32,000 nt of DNA from Methylocystis sp. (GTDB taxonomy: Bacteria > Pseudomonadota > Alphaproteobacteria > Rhizobiales > Beijerinckiaceae). Of this stretch, positions 26,809 to 32,000 are shown piece after piece; the first letter of the stretch is position 1, and the number at the start of each line of letters is the position of its first letter. The notes beneath the pieces are model-generated. The model worked only from the letters and a program-made list of their open reading frames with translations, did not search any database and was not told the DNA's origin. The translations under genes and the position numbers were made by a program. The stretch lies in the NCBI RefSeq assembly GCF_051061225.1, contig NZ_JBPFEB010000129.1:87294-119293 (forward strand), written 5' to 3'.

Positions 26809-28110
26809 ATGATGGCCGCGAGGATGCAGGGAGACTCCAGAGAATGTGACGTCGTCGTCATTGGCGGCGGCTTCGCGGGGCTGTCAATATCGTTGCTTCT
26901 GAAACAAAGAGGCCTGAAGTCCGTCATCCTCGAAAAGTCGGAGCGCGTCGGCGGCAAGTCGCGGACGCTCAACCTGCATGGCAATGTCATCGAACTTGGA
27001 ACGTGCTTCACCGCGCGTGATTATCGCGATGTCGTTGCGCTCGCAGAGCAATATGGCGTCCGCACCCAGCCGCTGGGTCGCGCCAGCGCAAGCCCGGAGA
27101 GCGTGCTGGGCGCTCTTTACACCAAGCGCATTGCAACGCGTTTTAACAGTTTATCGCGAATGATCGCGATCATGAGCAGCCTTCAACGGTACGCGCGAGA
27201 GCGGCGAAAGGCGCTCGCCCGTTTCGACGCGCGCGTCGCTTCGGAATACGCCGCGCTGGCCATGCCGGCCCTGGACTGGCTGAGACGGCATCGCTGTCAA
27301 GCGCTCGAGCCGGTCTTCCTCGGCGTGGGCGACGTCTATGGATATGGGCCAATGAAGACGATGCCAGCGCTCTACGCCCTGCGTTGGGTGACGCCCGAAA
27401 TGGTCATCACCGCCTTCACCTCGACAGCGAAACGCCTCGACGTCGGATTTGGCGAATTGGCGGAGCGTATCGCGGAGGAGACGGAGATCTGGCGATCTCA
27501 GACGCTCACCCACGCGTCCCGAACTCCAAATGGCGCATGGTCGCTGTCCACGCCAGGCAATTCGTTCAACGCCCGGCATGTGGTTGTTGCTTGCGCGCCC
27601 AAATCCTCCGAGCTCCTCGAGCTGTTCGATCCGACACGGCGTCGAATCATCGAGAACCATGTCGTCTCCACTCCTTATTTCTCAGTGTTGGTGAAGGCGG
27701 CCCATTGGTTTACGAACGCTCGTCGCGCCTTTCTCCGAGCCGGCGACCACAGAGACCAGCTCATGATCGCGCGCAATGATGGGCCGGCTGATGACGGCGG
27801 AAGTTATTACGTTTGCTTTCTCTGCCCCACGATCGCCGACACGTCACATATCGAAGCAATCCTCGATCGCGCCATCGCCCGGGACGGCGGCGTTTTGCGG
27901 GAGATTGTCGAGATTCGGGGCTGGGGCGACTACATGTCCCGTCTCGATGCGGATGCGATCGGTTGCGGGAGCTACGCCACCCTGGAGGATCTTCAGGGAG
28001 CCGAAAATGTCTGGCTATCGAATTCAATCCTCGCGCATGAAAACTGGCGCGATCTCCTTGCCCTGAACAAGAGGATCACGGACGCGATCTGTGCGGCGTC
28101 GCAAGCATAG
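26809..28110 (+). CDS. FAD-dependent amine-oxidase-fold protein, PAI-like, paralogue 2
   Basis: 433 aa. Contains CDVVVIGGGFAGLSISLLLKQRGLKSVILEKSERVGGKSRT, VYGYGPMKTMPALYALRWVTPEMV and LEDLQGAENVWLSNS. It is colinear with the previous protein. The start could also be the internal Met at 26824. Confidence 0.6.
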   Translation: MMAARMQGDSRECDVVVIGGGFAGLSISLLLKQRGLKSVILEKSERVGGKSRTLNLHGNVIELGTCFTARDYRDVVALAEQYGVRTQPLGRASASPESVLGALYTKRIATRFNSLSRMIAIMSSLQRYARERRKALARFDARVASEYAALAMPALDWLRRHRCQALEPVFLGVGDVYGYGPMKTMPALYALRWVTPEMVITAFTSTAKRLDVGFGELAERIAEETEIWRSQTLTHASRTPNGAWSLSTPGNSFNARHVVVACAPKSSELLELFDPTRRRIIENHVVSTPYFSVLVKAAHWFTNARRAFLRAGDHRDQLMIARNDGPADDGGSYYVCFLCPTIADTSHIEAILDRAIARDGGVLREIVEIRGWGDYMSRLDADAIGCGSYATLEDLQGAENVWLSNSILAHENWRDLLALNKRITDAICAASQA

Positions 28111-28177
28111 GCTGTTCAAGAGCACCCCGCATGGGGAAGCTGCGATTCTCGTCCAGCAGGAGCGCCCGGCCGCGGGG

Positions 28178-29353
28178 CTATTTCTTTGCGTTGGCCGCGC
28201 GCTTGATCGAGGACGTGGGGCCGTCGTCGGCGGCCAGCGCGGACATCTCGCGTCGCGGATCGGACGCGAAGGCATGGGCGCCGCCCGCTGTTTCGGCGAT
28301 GCGCGTCTGGGCCGCCGCCTTCGCCGCCGCCATGGTGACGACCGGCGATTTGGCGGCAAGCTGGGTCGCCTTGCCGCCCGCCGGCCGCGCCGCCTTGTCG
28401 GCGATGGCGATTTCTTCCGGCGGCGCCAACGCTTCCGGACGGCTCGCCTCGGCGACCTTCGAGAAGAAGGCCGGATGCATGCCGCCGTCCTGATAGACCA
28501 CGCGCACCGGGCTCACGGTCTGCGACAGTTCGGCGATCTTCTCTTCGTCCTTCGACGCCTTGGCGGAGACGCTGGCGACGATCTCGGGGTCCTGCTTCAG
28601 CGGCGGGCAGGCGGAGATCGGATCGGCCTGGCCGTCGATCGTGGCGTTGAAGACATAGCGCCGGCCGCAATAGGCGACCTGCGGCTCCTCCCTCGTCACC
28701 TCGAAATGGTCGTTGCCTTCCTTGAGGTTCTTCCAGAAGCCAATATTCGGATCGAGACGGTGCTTGGCCAGATTTTCCGCCGTCATGCGGAAGGGGTAGG
28801 ACTGCATCTGGATCGCCTGCTGGCCGCCGTTGAAGGACGAGCGCGCAATGGCGTAAATCTCGGCGATCTGCGCGTCCGTCATGGAGAAACAGCCGGCCGA
28901 CGAACAGGCGCCATGCACCATGATGGTGCCGCCCGTGTGTCCCAGCGCCCGGTCGAGCTGATTGGGATAGCCGACGTTGAACGACAGATAATAGGACGAA
29001 TTGGGGTTCATCTGCGCCGGCGTGATCGAATAGAAGCCCTCCGGCACCTGACGGTCGCCCTCGCGGGTCTTGGGGCCGAGCTGGCCCGACCAGCGGCACA
29101 TGGGGAAGGTCTTGAGGTGCGTATATTTGCCGTCCGCCCCCATCTTCCAGATTTCGAGCTCCGCCTCCTTCTTGTAGGCGCGGATCAGCATCGGCGCTTC
29201 TTTCGTCGTGCCGACTTTCTCCATGAGCGCCACGGTTTCGGGCGGTATGGGCGCGAGCGAGCGATGCGACAGGCCGCTGTCCTGGCAGGCGGCGAGCGAA
29301 AGCGCGGCGAGAGCGGCGGCGGCCAGGGCCGGCTTCAGGACCGAAAATTTCAT
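28178..29353 (-). CDS. YafK-like L,D-transpeptidase-family lipoprotein
   Basis: Start is trimmed to MKFSVLKPALAAAALAALSLAAC, a signal peptide with lipobox. The catalytic region IMVHGACSSAGCFSMTDAQIAEIY matches the YkuD/YafK HG..S.GC motif. The C-terminal Ala/Lys-rich tail is probably disordered. Confidence 0.75.
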   Translation of the reverse strand: MKFSVLKPALAAAALAALSLAACQDSGLSHRSLAPIPPETVALMEKVGTTKEAPMLIRAYKKEAELEIWKMGADGKYTHLKTFPMCRWSGQLGPKTREGDRQVPEGFYSITPAQMNPNSSYYLSFNVGYPNQLDRALGHTGGTIMVHGACSSAGCFSMTDAQIAEIYAIARSSFNGGQQAIQMQSYPFRMTAENLAKHRLDPNIGFWKNLKEGNDHFEVTREEPQVAYCGRRYVFNATIDGQADPISACPPLKQDPEIVASVSAKASKDEEKIAELSQTVSPVRVVYQDGGMHPAFFSKVAEASRPEALAPPEEIAIADKAARPAGGKATQLAAKSPVVTMAAAKAAAQTRIAETAGGAHAFASDPRREMSALAADDGPTSSIKRAANAKK

Positions 29354-29537
29354 GCGCTCAAGCTCCCCTCTCGCCCAGCCCCGTCCGGATCGCAGGTCGC
29401 GCCAGGCGCGCCGCTGCAAGCATCCAGCCGGCTCGGAGCCTCCCAGGCCATCTAGCGGGCTAGACCCGACTTGGGGCAAGAAAGTGTCCAAACCGTCGCC
29501 CGACAAGCGGAAACGGGAGAATTTTACGCTTGTTTCG

Positions 29538-30503
29538 TTAACGCTTCTCGTCCAGCCGACGGCCCATGTTAAGGAATTTTTCGGCTCGGGCGGCGCGAAG
29601 CTGCTCGCGGGAGAGATTGGTCAGGCGCGACAATTCGGTCCAGACCGCGTCGCCGACGGCCGTGATCGCGGCTTCCGGATCACGATGGGCGCCCCCGGCC
29701 GGCTCGGCCACGATCACGTCGATGATGCCGAACTTCAGGAGGTCCTGCGCCGTGATCTTCATGCTGGTGGCCGCGTCCTGCGCCCTGGCCGAATCGCGCC
29801 ACAGGATCGAGGCCGAAGCCTCGGGCGAGGCGACCGTATAGACGGCGTGCTCCAGCATCAGCACCTTGTTGGCGGCGGCGATAGCGATGGCGCCGCCAGA
29901 GCCCCCCTCCCCCACCACGACGGCCACGTTCGGCACGCCGAGCGACAGGGAGGCGTCGGTCGAGCGGGCGATGGCCTCGGCCTGTCCGCGCTCCTCGGCG
30001 TCGATGCCCGGAAAGGCGCCGGCCGTGTCGACCAGCGAAATCACCGGCAGCCCGAAGCGGTCGGCGAGCTCCATGAGGCGCACGGCCTTGCGATAGCCCT
30101 CCGGCCGCGCCATGCCGAAATTGTGATGGAGCCGGCTCGCGGTGTCGGAGCCCTTCTCCTGCCCGATGACGCAGACCGGCTCGCCGCGGAACCGGCCGAA
30201 GCCGCCGACGATCGCCGAGTCCTCGCCGAAGAAGCGATCCCCCGCGAGCGGCGTGAACTCGGTGATGAGCTGCTTCACGTAATCCGAGAAATGCGGCCGC
30301 TGCGAATGCCGGGCGACCTGAATCTTCTGCCAGGGCGTGAGCGTTGCGTAGAGATCGGCGAGCGCCTTGGCGGCCTTGGCTTCGAGCTTGGTCAGCTCCT
30401 CGGAGATGGAGACGCCCTCGCCGCCCTCGGCCAGCGCGCGCAGTTCCTCCACCTTGGTTTCGAGCTCGGCGACAGGCTTTTCGAAATCGAGATAGGAGCG
30501 CAT
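29538..30503 (-). CDS. accA: Acetyl-CoA carboxylase carboxyltransferase subunit alpha
   Basis: 321 aa. MRSYLDFEKPVAELETKVEELR..., TPWQKIQVARHSQRPHFSDY, FGMARPEGYRKAVRLMELADRFGLPVISLVDTAGAFPGIDAEERGQAEAIA. Full-length AccA signature. Confidence 0.93.
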   Translation of the reverse strand: MRSYLDFEKPVAELETKVEELRALAEGGEGVSISEELTKLEAKAAKALADLYATLTPWQKIQVARHSQRPHFSDYVKQLITEFTPLAGDRFFGEDSAIVGGFGRFRGEPVCVIGQEKGSDTASRLHHNFGMARPEGYRKAVRLMELADRFGLPVISLVDTAGAFPGIDAEERGQAEAIARSTDASLSLGVPNVAVVVGEGGSGGAIAIAAANKVLMLEHAVYTVASPEASASILWRDSARAQDAATSMKITAQDLLKFGIIDVIVAEPAGGAHRDPEAAITAVGDAVWTELSRLTNLSREQLRAARAEKFLNMGRRLDEKR

Positions 30504-30644
30504 GGGCGAGGGGATGTCCTGATGATCGACGCGGCCGCAAACTCGCCGCTCGGCGCCGGGAAGTCAAGAAAGGCCGCGCCCCCGGCGTCGCCATTTTGAC
30601 GCCGTTTGGCGGCAAGGTGGATATTCGTGAAAAAGGAAGCCTGC

Positions 30645-31517
30645 GTGAACCCGACCCTGCCCGCCGTCAGCCGCTTCGTGGCCGCCCCCGACGGCCTGCG
30701 TCTGCATTATCTCGATTATCCCCGCCCCGACGCCGCGCGGCTGCCGCTGGTCTGCCTCCCGGGCCTCGCCCGCTCGGCGGACGACTTCTGGCGCGTCGCG
30801 GAAGCCGCGCGGCAGGCGGGGCGGCGCGTGCTCGCGCTCGATTATCGCGGCCGCGGGCGCTCGCAATGGGACGCGGACTGGCGCCGCTACGATCTCGACG
30901 TCGAACAGGCGGATATTCTCGCCACGCTCGCCGATGCGGGCGTGACGGAAGCGGTCTTTCTCGGGACCTCGCGCGGCGGCCTGCATACCATGCGCCTCTC
31001 CAGGGCGCGTCCGGCCCTCGTGCGCGCGGCGATCCTCAACGACATCGGCCCGAAGGTCGAAAAGGACGGCCTGCTGCGCATCAAGAGCTATGTCGGAAAG
31101 CTGCCGCCGCTCTCGCGGCTGAGCGAGGCGGTCGCGCTGATGCGCATGACGGCGGCGCCCCGATTCTCGGGCGTCAGCGCGGAGGAATGGGAGGTCTATG
31201 CGCGCCAGACCTTCGTGGAAAAAGAGGGCCGCGTGGAATTGCGTTACGATCCGGCTCTGAACCACACGCTCGACAGCGTCACGCCGGAGGCGGAGTTCGA
31301 GGACTTCTGGGAGCCTTTCGCGGCGCTGGCGGCAGTTCCGATCCTCGCCATTCGCGGCGAGACGAGCGACATTCTCTCGGTCGACACCCTCGACGAAATG
31401 GCGCGACGGGCGCCTTTGCTCGAGCGCTATACGGTTCCCGGCCAGGGCCACGCGCCGTTGCTGCTCGATCCGCCGACCATCGCGCGGATCATGGAATTTC
31501 TGGGGGCTCAGGGGTGA
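30645..31517 (+). CDS. Alpha/beta-fold hydrolase
   Basis: LHYLDYPRPDAARLPLVCLPGLARSADDF, nucleophile elbow FLGTSRGG, and a C-terminal GQGHAPLL (His). Start is proposed at GTG 30645 (AAGGAAG 7 nt upstream) rather than the TTG at 30606. Confidence 0.75.
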   Translation: MNPTLPAVSRFVAAPDGLRLHYLDYPRPDAARLPLVCLPGLARSADDFWRVAEAARQAGRRVLALDYRGRGRSQWDADWRRYDLDVEQADILATLADAGVTEAVFLGTSRGGLHTMRLSRARPALVRAAILNDIGPKVEKDGLLRIKSYVGKLPPLSRLSEAVALMRMTAAPRFSGVSAEEWEVYARQTFVEKEGRVELRYDPALNHTLDSVTPEAEFEDFWEPFAALAAVPILAIRGETSDILSVDTLDEMARRAPLLERYTVPGQGHAPLLLDPPTIARIMEFLGAQG

Positions 31518-31536
31518 GGCTCACGTAGCGGCCCCG

Positions 31537-31652
31537 CCCCCTCCCCACCCCTCCCCCGCTGCGCGGGAGAGGGAGCAGATTGTAGCCTTCATCGGCGTTG
31601 CGGATCGTGAGCATCCCCTCTCCCGCGCAGCGGGGAAGGGACAGGGAGGGGG
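31537..31652. repeat. REP/MITE-like inverted repeat pair between convergent genes
   Basis: Arm 1 (31537-31575, CCCCCTCCCCACCCCTCCCCCGCTGCGCGGGAGAGGGAG) matches the reverse complement of arm 2 (31615-31652) at about 34 of 38 positions. Each arm also holds a small CCCGC-TGC-GCGGG hairpin. Confidence 0.6.
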
Positions 31653-31677
31653 CAAAGCCGCTACTCGTACCTCTGCC

Positions 31678-32000
31678 CTACGGTGCGTACCCCTGCGCCT
31701 GATTCAACCGCGACACCGCAGCGCCGACAGCGACGGCCGCCGCCGCCTGGGAACGCTGCGCGTCAAGCTGCAACTGTCGCACGCGATAGAAATCCAGCGC
31801 CCCGATTTCGCCCAGCGCGAAGGATTTGCGTGTCAGCGCGAATTGCTCATTGGCGACCGCGAGCCGCTGATCGGCGATCCCGGCCGCGCGTTTCGCCGCG
31901 GCGAGATTGACGCGGGCGGCCTGTATCTCCGCGAGCACCATGCGGACCGCCTTTTCATAATCCGCCTGCGCGCGAGTCATTTCGGCGAGCGCTTCCGCCT
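31678..32000 (-). CDS. TolC/CzcC-family outer-membrane efflux protein, C-terminal fragment (continues beyond the window)
   Basis: The frame is open to base 32000. The coiled-coil-like C-terminus ...AEIQAARVNLAAAKRAAGIADQRLAVANEQFALTRKSFALGEIGALDFYRVRQLQLDAQ is typical of OMF proteins. Confidence 0.55.
   Translation of the reverse strand, partial: AEALAEMTRAQADYEKAVRMVLAEIQAARVNLAAAKRAAGIADQRLAVANEQFALTRKSFALGEIGALDFYRVRQLQLDAQRSQAAAAVAVGAAVSRLNQAQGYAP

Noticed and set aside
28163-28176. Hairpin CCCG-GCCG-CGGG followed by a T-rich stretch as the operon terminator
   Set aside because: The stem is only 4 bp, and the T-rich tract overlaps the stop codon of the convergent ldt gene. This is too weak to annotate.
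29538-30503. accA proximity as a dedicated malonyl-CoA supply for the synthase
   Set aside because: It is a single-copy-looking housekeeping AccA on the opposite strand with core-like composition. The adjacency is most simply explained by where the island inserted.
30645-31517. Alpha/beta hydrolase as the missing thioesterase of the lipid operon
   Set aside because: Two opposite-strand housekeeping genes (ldt, accA) separate it from the operon. It has its own divergent promoter region and host-like GC. Linkage is not supported by the sequence alone.
28091-31528. Plus- and minus-strand shadow ORFs over ldt, accA and the hydrolase (28091-29455, 28116-29099, 29208-30599, 29680-30615, 30344-31528, 30564-31451)
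   Set aside because: They overlap strongly supported genes (YafK-like, AccA, alpha/beta hydrolase) in other frames or strands and have no recognisable domains.

Overview
High-GC (about 65-70% in hand-counted lines) alphaproteobacterial, Hyphomicrobiales/Rhizobiales-like chromosomal window.

- **1-6330, ordinary core:** 3' end of a sensor histidine kinase, a membrane-anchored peptidoglycan-binding protein, a DUF1491-like protein, ComEC, a DUF2336-like protein, and lexA with a GTTC-N7-GTTC SOS box.
- **About 6386-9640, prophage debris:** GC drops (48% in one counted line). Only fragments of a Mu-like transposable prophage survive: a MuA-like HTH fragment, two decayed MuB-like ATPase copies, a frameshifted gpT major-head gene and a tail-chaperone-like ORF.
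- **10285-28110, the most interesting content:** after a roughly 640-bp gene-free leader comes one co-directional six-gene operon. It encodes a PfaD-type enoyl reductase; KS-MAT-ACP-ACP-KR; KS-CLF-AT; a 1198-aa multi-hotdog dehydratase (two FabA-type His motifs plus a C-terminal PKS-type DH-like module); and two paralogous FAD-binding amine-oxidase-fold proteins. The last two resemble, from memory, the Propionibacterium acnes polyenoic fatty-acid isomerase family, and the first has strikingly low GC. This is a non-canonically partitioned PUFA-synthase-like secondary-lipid system, possibly making conjugated polyenoic acyl chains. No PPTase, thioesterase or acyltransferase is present in the window.
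- **Right about 4 kb, core again:** a YafK-like L,D-transpeptidase lipoprotein, accA, an alpha/beta hydrolase, a REP-like inverted repeat and the 3' end of a TolC-family gene.

Many long ORFs in the track are antisense or out-of-frame shadows typical of high-GC DNA and were discarded.
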